DNA from: Anaerolineales bacterium
GTDB lineage: Bacteria > Chloroflexota > Anaerolineae > Anaerolineales > UBA11579
DNA length: 64,000 bases
NCBI GenBank assembly: GCA_019637675.1
Contig: JAHBVE010000003.1
Location: forward strand, 271,696 to 335,695
Direction of reading: 5' to 3'
Part shown: piece after piece, positions 36,762-46,379 of the stretch
Layout: each line of letters opens with the position of its first letter
Numbering within the stretch: the stretch's first letter is position 1
Notes under the pieces: model-generated
The model's input: the letters and a program-made list of their open reading frames with translations, nothing else
Told to the model about the DNA's origin: nothing
Database searches by the model: none
Made by a program: the position numbers and the translations under genes

Positions 36762-38794
36762 TCAGAATTGCAATTCAAAAGCTCAGTCACCGGTTGAGCT
36801 TGTCCCGCGCCTGCCGCTTCCAGCTCGCTCCACACCGCGCACAACACAGGCTGCAGGCTGGGCATTTTGGCCAGCGCCTCCTCCGTGAACATCACGGCCT
36901 CGCCGCCACGGCCAAGCCGCGCATACGCCTCGATGAAGGGAACGTACTCCACGGCATGATCAGGATACAAACCCAAGCCGAAAGCCGTGTCCCCAAGCTG
37001 GGCAGCCGCCTGCCAATCTTGCTGCTGGCGGGCCAGGTCAGCCTTCTGAAAATAGAAGCACCAGGTCTCGGCCGACCCCAGATCCCAGAACAGTCCGCGC
37101 TCGCTGAACGGGCTGGCCTCCGCCTGAATTCGAGACGGATCGCTCAGCCCAATGATTGGCTTGAGCTCATGCGAAAGCTCAGGCAAATTCGCGGCGATCT
37201 GCGGGTCGAGCACATGCAGGCAAGCAGGCGGCTGGTATGCGAAGGTCAGCATCACCACTTCCGAGCGGTCACCGCGGTATTCGAGAAAATCGAACGGCGC
37301 ATAAATAGGATCACCTGTTCGCAAGCCGGCCAGCCGGGTTTGCCCGCGCAGCTCTGCATAAAAGAAGGCGTGCGGCAGCCGCTCGGTCTCCGCTCCCGGA
37401 GTGACGTACATCCAATTGAGCAGACCCGTCAGCGAGTTGTCCGTGTTGAACTGCAGCACGCGCAGCTGCGGGCTTACGACCGCAGTGTTGGGCTCCAGGC
37501 TGGGCGCACGCCAGGCAAGCTGCCGGGCGAAGTCTTCCATATACAGCCACTCGGCCCGGAACTGGTTGCTCTTATAAAAATGAAAACCAACACACAAGCC
37601 TAGCAACACAGCCATAAGAATTTGCGCAGTAGGCCTATGTATCCGCAAGAATCCCCACAGCCCGGCCACGATCAGACTGACCCCAAACATCATCGGCATG
37701 GTGAAGCGATCATTCGGGAAGGCCAACGCCATCGGCAAGGCCGCCATCCAAAACGAGAGGCCAGACACCGCCAGCGCGATAAGCCCCAGGCCCAGCATGT
37801 CCCGCGCGGTCGCCCCGTTCTGCGCGGGCAGCTTGTTCACGCCCAGCATCGCGACCGCACCGGCGATCACCGCGCCAACCGTCACAGCAATATATGAGAT
37901 CGAGGAGACCGAGAGCGCTCGCAGGCTGCCCAGCGCCTCCACCGTGCGCGTCCAGGCCATGACCGCGCCCAAGCTCAGGTCACGCAGCGCGGTCGGCGCC
38001 CACACCGAGAGCGCGTACACGGGGTCATCCTGGATCCGGCCCAGCAGCACCGTGCGATACAGCGCCCCGCTTTGCTGGCTGGCCCAGTTGCGCCACAGGA
38101 ACACGCCCACCAGCATCGCCGCATATGGCAGCCAGGCGATGACCGCGCGCTTCCAGTCGCCCACGTTGCGCGGCCGCAGCGCAATGACGAGCAACACTGG
38201 GCGCAGCAACTCCAGCCCATAGAAGTACTCCGTGCAGGTCATGCTGAATACGCCCAACGCCAGCGCGCCCAGCGTAGCGCCCCAGGCGCGTTCGCTCCGG
38301 GCCGCCACCAGCATCAGCGCCAGCGACGCAAGGAACATGCTGTAATACAAAAAGTACACACTGTACGTGACCGCAATGCTCTGTTGGCTGAACCCTGGAT
38401 ACACAAGAAACAGCAGGCCCGCCACCACCGCCAACGCCTTCTCCCGCGGCCACAACAAACGCACCACCCAGAAGAAGGCCAGCCCGCTCACCCAGCGCAA
38501 CACCAGCGCCAACAGGTGCCAGCCTAACGGGGCTTCGCCTAGCAGCGAGAACAAAAAGTAATAGACCCAGCCAGACAGCGGCCGGTAGGCCGGGTAACCC
38601 TGATAGACCTCCGGCCCAAAGTGGTGGCTGCTCCACGCCAGCGGCCAGTCGTCCCAATACAACCCCAGCCACGGGATCAGCAGCCCGTACGCCAAAACGC
38701 ACAGGACAAAACTAACTACTGGAAACCAGTAGTCTTTTTCGCTGTCGGTTACTTTGCGCAACCAGGTCTGCAATGGGCTAAGCATGCGGCTCAC
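36758..38794 (-). CDS. Polytopic membrane protein with soluble Cys-containing C-terminal domain, paralog B (GT-C-like, unassigned family)
   Basis: 678 aa. GTG start at 38792-38794 overlaps (GTGA) the carboxyltransferase stop; an alternative ATG is 3 codons in. Same architecture and motifs as paralog A. Confidence 0.7.
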   Translation of the reverse strand: MSRMLSPLQTWLRKVTDSEKDYWFPVVSFVLCVLAYGLLIPWLGLYWDDWPLAWSSHHFGPEVYQGYPAYRPLSGWVYYFLFSLLGEAPLGWHLLALVLRWVSGLAFFWVVRLLWPREKALAVVAGLLFLVYPGFSQQSIAVTYSVYFLYYSMFLASLALMLVAARSERAWGATLGALALGVFSMTCTEYFYGLELLRPVLLVIALRPRNVGDWKRAVIAWLPYAAMLVGVFLWRNWASQQSGALYRTVLLGRIQDDPVYALSVWAPTALRDLSLGAVMAWTRTVEALGSLRALSVSSISYIAVTVGAVIAGAVAMLGVNKLPAQNGATARDMLGLGLIALAVSGLSFWMAALPMALAFPNDRFTMPMMFGVSLIVAGLWGFLRIHRPTAQILMAVLLGLCVGFHFYKSNQFRAEWLYMEDFARQLAWRAPSLEPNTAVVSPQLRVLQFNTDNSLTGLLNWMYVTPGAETERLPHAFFYAELRGQTRLAGLRTGDPIYAPFDFLEYRGDRSEVVMLTFAYQPPACLHVLDPQIAANLPELSHELKPIIGLSDPSRIQAEASPFSERGLFWDLGSAETWCFYFQKADLARQQQDWQAAAQLGDTAFGLGLYPDHAVEYVPFIEAYARLGRGGEAVMFTEEALAKMPSLQPVLCAVWSELEAAGAGQAQPVTELLNCNSE

Positions 38795-40401
38795 ATCCTG
38801 AATACGCCAAAGCCCTCACCTGTGCGCGGCGCCTTCAGCACCACCGAGAGCGCCAACCCCAGCACCGTACGCGTTTCCGCCGGGTCCAGGATCCCATCGT
38901 CCCACAAGCGCGCCGTGGAGTAATACGGATGGCCTTCATGCTCATACTTGTCCAGGATCGGCTGCTTGAGCGCGGCCGCCTCGGCCTCCGTCAGCGCCGG
39001 CTTGCCCTCGCGCTCCAGCTGGTCTTGCTTGATCGTCAGCATCACGTTGGCGGCCTGTTCGCCGCCCATCACGCTGATGCGCGCGTTCGGCCACATCCAC
39101 AAAAAGCGCGCGTCGTAGGCCCGCCCGGCCATGCCGTAGTTGCCGGCCCCGAACGACCCGCCGATGATGACGGTCAGCTTGGGCACCGTGGCCGTGGCCA
39201 CGGCGTGCACCATCTTGGCCCCATCCTTGGCGATGCCGCCGGCCTCATACTCTCGCCCCACCATGAAGCCGGTAATGTTCTGCAGGAACAGCAGCGGGAT
39301 GCCGCGCTGCTCACACAACTCAATAAAATGGGCGCCCTTCAACGCGCTCTCACTGAACAGGACGCCGTTGTTTCCCAAGATGCCCACCGGGTATCCATGA
39401 ATACGCGCAAAGCCGCACACCAGCGTGTCGCCATAGCGGGCCTTGAACTCACGGAAGCGGCTGCCATCCACAACGCGGGCGATCACTTCGCGCACGTCAT
39501 AGCTCTCGCGGAAGCTGGTCGGCAGCACGCCATACAGCTCCTCCGCCGGATACAGCGGCTCCTCCGGTGCGCCCACCGGCGTCTGCAGGGTGCTGCGATC
39601 AGGCAAGGTCTCAACGATCTGCCGCAGGATCTCGATGGCGTGCTCGTCATCCTCGGCAAAGTGATCCGCCACACCAGACAGGCGCGTATGCACATCCGCG
39701 CCGCCCAACTCTTCGGCGCTGACATCCTCACCCGTGGCGGCTTTGACCAGCGGCGGGCCGCCCAGAAAAACAGTGCCGGTGCCTTTAACAATGATGGCCT
39801 CGTCGCTCATGGCCGGCACATACGCGCCGCCTGCCGTGCACGAGCCCATCACCGCTGCGATCTGCGGAATGCTCTTAGCGCTCATTTGCGCCTGGTTGTA
39901 GAAGATGCGCCCGAAGTGCTGCTCGCCCGGGAACACCTGGTCCTGCATCGGCAGGAACGCGCCGCCCGAATCCACCAGATACAAACACGGCAGATGGTTC
40001 TGCATGGCGATCTGCTGAGCGCGCAAATGCTTGGTCACGGTGAGTGGGTAGTACGAGCCGCCTTTGACCGTGGCGTCATTGGCCACGATCATGACTTCGC
40101 GCCCGGCCACGCGGCCGATGCCGGCCACAATGCCCGCCCCCGGCGCGTCATCATCATAGATACCCTCCGCCGCCAACGCCGAAAGCTCCAGGAACGGCGA
40201 GCCGGCATCAAGCAAGCGCTCGATGCGCTCGCGCACGAACAGCTTGCCGCGCTGCTCATGCCGCGCCCGCGCCTCGGTCCCGCCGCCGGCGTGCACCGTC
40301 GCCAGCTTGGCGCGCAATTCCTCCGCCAGGGCGCGGTGGTGCTCGCTGTTCTTCTTGAATTCAGGGGAATTGGAGTCTATACGGCTGGAAAGAGAGTCCA
40401 T
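38791..40401 (-). CDS. Acyl-CoA carboxylase carboxyltransferase (beta) subunit, methylcrotonyl-CoA carboxylase type
   Basis: 536 aa. Typical MccB/AccD1 features ([13 protein letters not shown]..., [30 protein letters not shown]). Confidence 0.9.
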   Translation of the reverse strand: MDSLSSRIDSNSPEFKKNSEHHRALAEELRAKLATVHAGGGTEARARHEQRGKLFVRERIERLLDAGSPFLELSALAAEGIYDDDAPGAGIVAGIGRVAGREVMIVANDATVKGGSYYPLTVTKHLRAQQIAMQNHLPCLYLVDSGGAFLPMQDQVFPGEQHFGRIFYNQAQMSAKSIPQIAAVMGSCTAGGAYVPAMSDEAIIVKGTGTVFLGGPPLVKAATGEDVSAEELGGADVHTRLSGVADHFAEDDEHAIEILRQIVETLPDRSTLQTPVGAPEEPLYPAEELYGVLPTSFRESYDVREVIARVVDGSRFREFKARYGDTLVCGFARIHGYPVGILGNNGVLFSESALKGAHFIELCEQRGIPLLFLQNITGFMVGREYEAGGIAKDGAKMVHAVATATVPKLTVIIGGSFGAGNYGMAGRAYDARFLWMWPNARISVMGGEQAANVMLTIKQDQLEREGKPALTEAEAAALKQPILDKYEHEGHPYYSTARLWDDGILDPAETRTVLGLALSVVLKAPRTGEGFGVFRM

Positions 40402-40428
40402 GCCTGAATTATAGACTTTCGCCAGCCC

Positions 40429-42792
40429 TTATTTGAAATATGCGATCGTCACGCCTTCACCACCCTCATGCGGGTTGGCGAAGACGTAGCGTTCCACATA
40501 GTTGCGCTTGCGCAGCATGTCGCGCGCCATCTCGCGCAGCGTGCCGGTGCCCTTGCCGTGAATGATGCGCGCCGAGCGCAACCCCGAGGCGTACGCCGCG
40601 TCCAGGTACGCATCCAGCTTATTGTAGGCGTCCTCAAAGCGCATCCCGCGCAGCGACACCTCGGAGGCCACTGCATCCGGCAGCTGCACCGTGCCCTGCC
40701 AGTCCGGCAGGCTCTCGCTGGCCGGCTCGTCCAGCAGCTCCAGGTCGGTATAGCGCGCCCGCGCCCGCAGCGCGCCCACCTGCAGTTCAGCCTCTTCTTC
40801 GCTCAGGCCGATCACGACGCCGCGCGCCCCCAGGCTGCGCACGCGCACCGCATCACCCAGGCGCAGCGCCCGCCCCGGCGCCGATTCCGGCACCGCCTGG
40901 CGCTGCACCGGCTCTTCCACCGTATCTTCCAGCGCTTCGATGGCTTGCTTGACCGCCTGCACCTTGTCCAGCGGCTCGCGCTGGCGCGCCAGGTCGGCCC
41001 GCAGCCGGCCGGCTTGGGTCTTCAACGCGTCCAGTTCCTGCTTGGCTTGCTTGCGCGCGGTCTCCAGCACTTCGATGCGCTCGTCTTCGATCAGCTCCAG
41101 ACGCTCAGCCAGTTCAGCGCGCAAGGCCTCCGCGCTGCGCTCGGCCTCCGCCGCCCGTTCGTGCGCCCGGCGGGCGCGTTCGCGCTCGCGGTGAATATCG
41201 TCCAGCAGGTCTTCGGCCTTCAGGTCGGCCGGGTCGATCCCGCTGCGCGCTTGCTCCAACACTTCGTCGCTCAAGCCCAGCCGCTTGGCGATCGCTAGCG
41301 CATTCGAGCGGCCCGGCAAGCCCACGGTCAGGTGATAGGTAGGCGCCAGCGTCTTCAGGTCAAACTCCACGCTGGCATTCACCACGCCTTTGGTGCCCTG
41401 CGCATACACCTTCAGCTCAGGGTAATGTGTGGCCACCAGGGTGGTGATGCCGCGCCGCACCAAATGGTCCAGCAGCGCCCGCGCCAGGGCCGCACCCTCT
41501 TGCGGGTCGGTGCCGGCGCCCAGCTCATCAAAGATCACCAGCGAGCGCTTGTTGGCGTGCTTTAGGATGCTGACAATGTTGGTGATATGGCCGGAAAACG
41601 TGGAGAGCGACTGCTCGATCGATTGCTCATCGCCAATATCTGCGTATACAGACTCAAAAAATGAGATCTGGCTGCCCGCCGCCGCCGGAATGTGCAGGCC
41701 GCTCTGGCCCATCAATGCCAGCAGGCCCACTGTCTTGAGCGTGACGGTCTTGCCGCCCGTGTTCGGGCCGGTGATGACCAGGCAGTAATTCTCAGGGAAC
41801 AACTCAATATCAGACGAGACGACCCGCTCCGGGTCCAGCAGCGGGTGGCGCGCATCGAACAGGCGCAGGGTCACGCCCGGGTGCGGCCCATCTACGTGCG
41901 GGCGCAGCGGCAGCAGCTCGGGCGCATGGGCGCGCAGCTGCTCGGCATACTTGGCCCGCGCCAGCACCAAGTCCAGCTCGGCCAGGCCCTCCAGCGCCGC
42001 GCCGATCGCTTCGCTGTGCGTTTGCACCAGGGCGGTCAGCGCCAGCAGGATGCGGCGCTCCTCCTCGCGCTCGGCCAGTTGCAGCTCGCGCCAGGTGTTG
42101 TTCAGCTCCACCACGCTCAGTGGCTCGATGAACAGCGTCGCCCCGCTGGCCGATTGGTCATGCACCACGCCTTTGACCCGGCCGCGCTCCTCCGCCCGGA
42201 TCGGCAGCACATAGCGCCCATCCCGCTGCGTAAAGATCGGCTCCTGCAGCGCCTTGGCATACGGGTCGCTGCTCAGCATCTTCTGCATGCGCCCCAGCAG
42301 GCGCTCGTGCGCAACACCCAGCTCACTACGGATCTGGGCCAGCTGCTCCGAAGCATTATCGAGGATCTGGCCGCGCTCAGAGATGGCCTTGGTGATCGCA
42401 TCCACCACGCCCACCGGCTGCGGCATCTGCGCCGCCAGCTCGGCCAGCAGGGGGTAGCTGGCCTCGGCGTCCTGCAGTTGGCGCGCCAGCGTGCGCGCCG
42501 CTACCAGCGTGCCCTTTACATCCAGCAGCTCGGCTGCGGTCAGCGCCATGCCGCGGCGCGCGTTGCCCAACGCCGGGCGCAGGTCGCGCGCCCCGCCCAC
42601 GCCTACCTTGGGCTGGTCCTCCAGCAACGCACGCGCTTCGCCAGTCTCTGCCAGCCGGCGCCGGGCCGCGTCAATATCGGCGGCCGGGCGCAGCGCTTCG
42701 GCGCGCTCCTGCGAGACGCTGAAGACCGTATGGCGCGCCAAACGCTCCAACACCTTGGGAAACTCAAGCGTTTGCAGGGCTTTTTCGTCCAT
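40429..42792 (-). CDS. mutS2: Endonuclease MutS2 (MutS domain plus C-terminal Smr)
   Basis: Start trimmed to MDEKALQTLEFPKVLERLA. Walker A GPNTGGKT. C-terminal Smr domain (RGMRFEDAYNKLDAYLD...IIHGKGTG). Confidence 0.9.
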   Translation of the reverse strand: MDEKALQTLEFPKVLERLARHTVFSVSQERAEALRPAADIDAARRRLAETGEARALLEDQPKVGVGGARDLRPALGNARRGMALTAAELLDVKGTLVAARTLARQLQDAEASYPLLAELAAQMPQPVGVVDAITKAISERGQILDNASEQLAQIRSELGVAHERLLGRMQKMLSSDPYAKALQEPIFTQRDGRYVLPIRAEERGRVKGVVHDQSASGATLFIEPLSVVELNNTWRELQLAEREEERRILLALTALVQTHSEAIGAALEGLAELDLVLARAKYAEQLRAHAPELLPLRPHVDGPHPGVTLRLFDARHPLLDPERVVSSDIELFPENYCLVITGPNTGGKTVTLKTVGLLALMGQSGLHIPAAAGSQISFFESVYADIGDEQSIEQSLSTFSGHITNIVSILKHANKRSLVIFDELGAGTDPQEGAALARALLDHLVRRGITTLVATHYPELKVYAQGTKGVVNASVEFDLKTLAPTYHLTVGLPGRSNALAIAKRLGLSDEVLEQARSGIDPADLKAEDLLDDIHRERERARRAHERAAEAERSAEALRAELAERLELIEDERIEVLETARKQAKQELDALKTQAGRLRADLARQREPLDKVQAVKQAIEALEDTVEEPVQRQAVPESAPGRALRLGDAVRVRSLGARGVVIGLSEEEAELQVGALRARARYTDLELLDEPASESLPDWQGTVQLPDAVASEVSLRGMRFEDAYNKLDAYLDAAYASGLRSARIIHGKGTGTLREMARDMLRKRNYVERYVFANPHEGGEGVTIAYFK

Positions 42793-42941
42793 CCTGCGCA
42801 GTGTATCACGCAGCATGTGTGCCTTTTTGCACGAGCCTAGTTGCTGCGCGTTGCAGATTCCTGTATGATTCGTTTCAGAGGGTGCGCCGTTGTGCAACGG
42901 TTTCACTATCCTCCTGGCCCAACGGCGCGTGAAGGGCCAAC

Positions 42942-43232
42942 ATGGACGTTATCAAGGTCTCAGGTGCATCACGTACCTCTGCGGTGGCCGGCGCCATTGC
43001 CGGGGTGTTTCGGGAACACAAACGGGCAGAGATCCAGGCCATTGGCGCCGGCGCGGTTAACCAGGCTGTAAAGGCGCTGGTTCTGGCGCGCAGCTACTTG
43101 AAAGAAGATGGCTACACCGTCTACTGCACGCCGGAGTTTGCGGATGTCGAGATCGAAGGCAAGGTCCGCACCGCCATCAAGCTCGTCATCGAATGTCACG
43201 AAGCAGCCACAGAAACAAAAAACGCCGCATAA
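42942..43232 (+). CDS. spoVS: Stage V sporulation protein S homolog
   Basis: 96 aa. MDVIKVSGASRTSAVAGAIAGVFRE...IQAIGAGAVNQAVKA is the characteristic SpoVS sequence. Confidence 0.9.
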   Translation: MDVIKVSGASRTSAVAGAIAGVFREHKRAEIQAIGAGAVNQAVKALVLARSYLKEDGYTVYCTPEFADVEIEGKVRTAIKLVIECHEAATETKNAA

Positions 43233-43248
43233 GCGGCGTTTTCTTTTA
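43222..43248 (+). terminator. Intrinsic terminator of spoVS
   Basis: ACGCCGC-ataa-GCGGCGT followed by TTTTCTTTT. The stop codon lies in the loop. Confidence 0.7.
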
Positions 43249-43257
43249 GCTCATTGG

Positions 43258-43935
43258 CTAGTGTTCTGAGGAGTGGCTGGCAAAGATCTCCACTTCCTCG
43301 GGCAGGAACACCACTTCCTCTTTGCCCATCAGCTTCTCGCTCATTTTGAGCTTCACCAATTCCACCAGACCGTCATGCGCCACAAAGTTCATGTTGTCTG
43401 TCGGCACGGTCAGCACCGGACACAAGGTGAAGTTGGTCACCCAGTCTTCATACAGCCCGTTGAGCTGCTCCAGGTATTCTGTGGTGATCTTGGCTTCAAA
43501 GTCGCGCCCGCGCTGCGCAATGCGGCGCTGCAGTGTCGGCACCGAGGCCCGCAAATAGATCACCAGGTCAGGCGGGCGCAGCAAGTCACACAGCAATTGA
43601 TACAGATTGCGATACGAGGTGTAGTCGCGCTCATCCATCTGGCCGGAGAGATACAGGTTCTTGGCAAAGATCTCGGCGTCTTCATAGACAGAGCGGTCCT
43701 GGATCACCGAGTTCGGGTCGGCCAGCAGGCCCAGGTGCATGCTCAGGCGGTGGCGCAGGAAGAACACCTGCGACTGAAACGCCCACGAGCGCATATCTGA
43801 ATAGAAATCTTCCAGGTACGGGTTCTCAGCAACGGGCTCGTAGTACGGGTTCCATTCCAGATGGCTGGCTAACTTTGACACCAGCGTGGATTTTCCAACA
43901 CCAATATTCCCGGCCACGGCCACAAAATGCTTCAT
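43258..43935 (-). CDS. Deoxynucleoside kinase
   Basis: 225 aa. P-loop GNIGVGKST. YYEPVAENPYLEDFY and QVFFLRHR are typical of the dAK/dGK/dCK family. ATGA overlap with the upstream gene. Confidence 0.85.
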   Translation of the reverse strand: MKHFVAVAGNIGVGKSTLVSKLASHLEWNPYYEPVAENPYLEDFYSDMRSWAFQSQVFFLRHRLSMHLGLLADPNSVIQDRSVYEDAEIFAKNLYLSGQMDERDYTSYRNLYQLLCDLLRPPDLVIYLRASVPTLQRRIAQRGRDFEAKITTEYLEQLNGLYEDWVTNFTLCPVLTVPTDNMNFVAHDGLVELVKLKMSEKLMGKEEVVFLPEEVEIFASHSSEH

Positions 43936-46259
43936 TCGTCCCTAGTCTCCTCTTTCAAAAACGCTACTGCTCGGCCGGATTCAGAGTCCATTATAAGCTC
44001 CATGATCTGGCCGGGTGCTACATCATCAACGTGGATCAAGCGCAAAGTGTTCTGCAAGCCGTCCAACTCCGGCGCCCAATCCGTCAAATGGTTGGGCGCG
44101 TCGTAAAAGAACGCGTTGTTGAAGATCGCGTCGGCATCATCCAGGTGCACCGCCAGCGGATAGATGCGCGACTCGATCAGATCCTGAAAGAAGTGCGTCC
44201 CGTACGATGGTTCGGGCGCTGGCCCCACGCCCTCGCCGGATAATTCCACCAGGGCGCGCGTATTGTAAATATCCGCATAGCTCACACTCACGCCCAGGTC
44301 GGGCGTGCTGGTGCCCCAGCGCCCCGGCCCCACGCAAATGAACTCCTCGCCTTCCAGCACTTTGTTGATCTTGCTGATCGCCCGCGTCAGTTCGCCGCGC
44401 GCCTGCGAGTTCGGCAGGCCATAGTAGCCCTGCGGCGTCACGAATAACGCGTAGCGGATGTTCGTGGCCCGGCCGTGCGGGGCCACCTTGCGGGTGGCGA
44501 ACACGATCGCCTGCTTATCAAGCCGCTCCGGCAGGCGCACCGCCACCTCATGCAAATGGCTTTGCGGGCGGCATTGCAGGATAAATAACTCAATTTCGGG
44601 CTTTCCGTCGCGCTCGAATACCCGCATGGTGAACTCCATATCCACCGGCGAGCTGTATTTCTTCTCCAGATGCGCCAGGATGCGCCGCATCCGCTCAGCG
44701 AACGGCGTATTGCGCACCACGCCGTCGAAAGTGAGCACCAGCTCGTTGTCTGCGCCCACCATCGAGCGGATCGGGCTCAGGTCGCCGTCCTTGTACAGCG
44801 AGGCCGCCAGGCGCAGGTGCGGATAGCGCCCGTTCAGCACCTCGGTGAACGGCAGGGTCTTGAAGGCATTCTCCTCAAGGTCGATCACGTCCATGTAGTG
44901 CTGCGAATACGTGCGGATCGAGCGCGGGTCGCCCTGGGCGCGCAGTTCCGGGTGGCTCAGCGCCACCAGGCGCGGGTAGTCGTTGCCTACATGGTCCACC
45001 GCCCGGGTGCCCATGCCCGCCACCAGGCGCACAAAGCCGGCATCCCGCTGGATCTTGGGCGACCAGCGGAACAGGTTGCGGCTGAACGCCACCCCGGCAA
45101 AATGCGGGAAGTAGTAGCGCCCATACGCCTCGCCCTGCACAACCTGGATCAGCACCGCCAGGCGCTCGTCGTAATCCTCCAGGCCGTGCGAGCGGCGGTA
45201 CTGCAGCGCATCCGGGTTGAGCGCGCTGGCATACACAGCCGCGATCGCTTGGGTCAGTCCGCGCAGGTTCTCGGCGTGCGTGCCCTGGTTTGGGCAGAAA
45301 AAGCTGGAGTATTTGCCGGCAAACGATGAGCCAAAGTTATCCTCTAGCAAACTGCTGGAGCGCACAATAATAGGCTGCCGGCCGATCTTCTCCAGCATGG
45401 CTGACAGCTCGATCAAAATATCTTCAGGGAAAGTGCCCGCCGCGTATTCTTCTTTGATCTGCTCATATTCAGCGCGGATCACTTCTTCGTCTTTGTATTT
45501 CTGGTCGGCCCAGTGCATCATGCCGTTGTTGCTCATGAAAGCGTACATCACATCCGCGCCCAAAAAGTAGGAGTCGGGGATGTCAACGTTCTTGACGATA
45601 TCTTCTTCAGCCACGGCCTGCAAAATGCGCAGCGCCAGCAGCATGCCCGCCGCCTTGCCGCCCACCTTGCCCTTGCCGATCTTGTAGCGGCGGATCTCCA
45701 GCAGGTCGTCGAGCGTGAACCATTCCTTGGCAATGTTGATATACGCCAGTTGGTCTGAGATCATGGATTTGAGCAGCACCACCTTGATCTCGCGCTCGCG
45801 CGCTTCATGCCGGCGGCGTTGGTCGGCCTCCATGCGTGAGATCGCCATGGCCTGCTCGAACAGCGCCTCTTGCGAAGCCAGCTCCGGGTTGAAAGTGCGC
45901 AGCAGGTCTTCGCTCTCTGCGCCGCGCTCAGCCAGGATGTCTTTCACCAGCCCTTCAAAGATCTCGAAGGGCAGGTTGTTCGCAAAGCTCACATCCGTCA
46001 GCTGATCGCGCACCACATCCAGGCGCAGCTTCCACTCCTCGGGCGCCTCGTCGCCGATCGCGTCCAGCAGCCCTTCGCGCTGCTGCGAATCGATCGCCTG
46101 CTGGCGCACCATCTCCTCGAACATCTGCGAAGACAGGATGCCGCGCTGGATCAACTCGTTGCGCATCTTGGTGCGAATGCGCCGGCGCAGGGTGGGGTAC
46201 TGCGCCAGCGTCAAATAGATGCGGTAGGCCGGATCAATGGAGTTAAGTGGCAGCGTCAT
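43932..46259 (-). CDS. PEP/pyruvate-binding (PPDK_N, ATP-grasp-like) domain protein without a phosphohistidine swivel domain
   Basis: 775 aa. KVGGKAAGMLLA and IVRSSSLLEDNFGSSFAGKYSSF match the PPDK_N nucleotide-binding domain. No GGxTSHAA-type mobile-His motif seen. Unassigned N-terminal (about 190 aa) and C-terminal (about 200 aa) regions. Confidence 0.8.
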   Translation of the reverse strand: MTLPLNSIDPAYRIYLTLAQYPTLRRRIRTKMRNELIQRGILSSQMFEEMVRQQAIDSQQREGLLDAIGDEAPEEWKLRLDVVRDQLTDVSFANNLPFEIFEGLVKDILAERGAESEDLLRTFNPELASQEALFEQAMAISRMEADQRRRHEAREREIKVVLLKSMISDQLAYINIAKEWFTLDDLLEIRRYKIGKGKVGGKAAGMLLALRILQAVAEEDIVKNVDIPDSYFLGADVMYAFMSNNGMMHWADQKYKDEEVIRAEYEQIKEEYAAGTFPEDILIELSAMLEKIGRQPIIVRSSSLLEDNFGSSFAGKYSSFFCPNQGTHAENLRGLTQAIAAVYASALNPDALQYRRSHGLEDYDERLAVLIQVVQGEAYGRYYFPHFAGVAFSRNLFRWSPKIQRDAGFVRLVAGMGTRAVDHVGNDYPRLVALSHPELRAQGDPRSIRTYSQHYMDVIDLEENAFKTLPFTEVLNGRYPHLRLAASLYKDGDLSPIRSMVGADNELVLTFDGVVRNTPFAERMRRILAHLEKKYSSPVDMEFTMRVFERDGKPEIELFILQCRPQSHLHEVAVRLPERLDKQAIVFATRKVAPHGRATNIRYALFVTPQGYYGLPNSQARGELTRAISKINKVLEGEEFICVGPGRWGTSTPDLGVSVSYADIYNTRALVELSGEGVGPAPEPSYGTHFFQDLIESRIYPLAVHLDDADAIFNNAFFYDAPNHLTDWAPELDGLQNTLRLIHVDDVAPGQIMELIMDSESGRAVAFLKEETRDE

Positions 46260-46379
46260 AGCAAAATGCCGCGCAAGGCGCGGTCAGATTTGATCGATAA
46301 ATTGTAATTCGGGTGAAACTGTGATGCGCAGTCCGCCCGTTTTTTCTACGGTGAACTGCTCACTAATCACTGGTTACTG

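Noticed and set aside
42942-43232. SpoVS as evidence for an endospore programme
   Set aside because: SpoVS homologs occur widely in non-sporulating lineages, and no other sporulation genes are present in the window. It is annotated as a homolog only.
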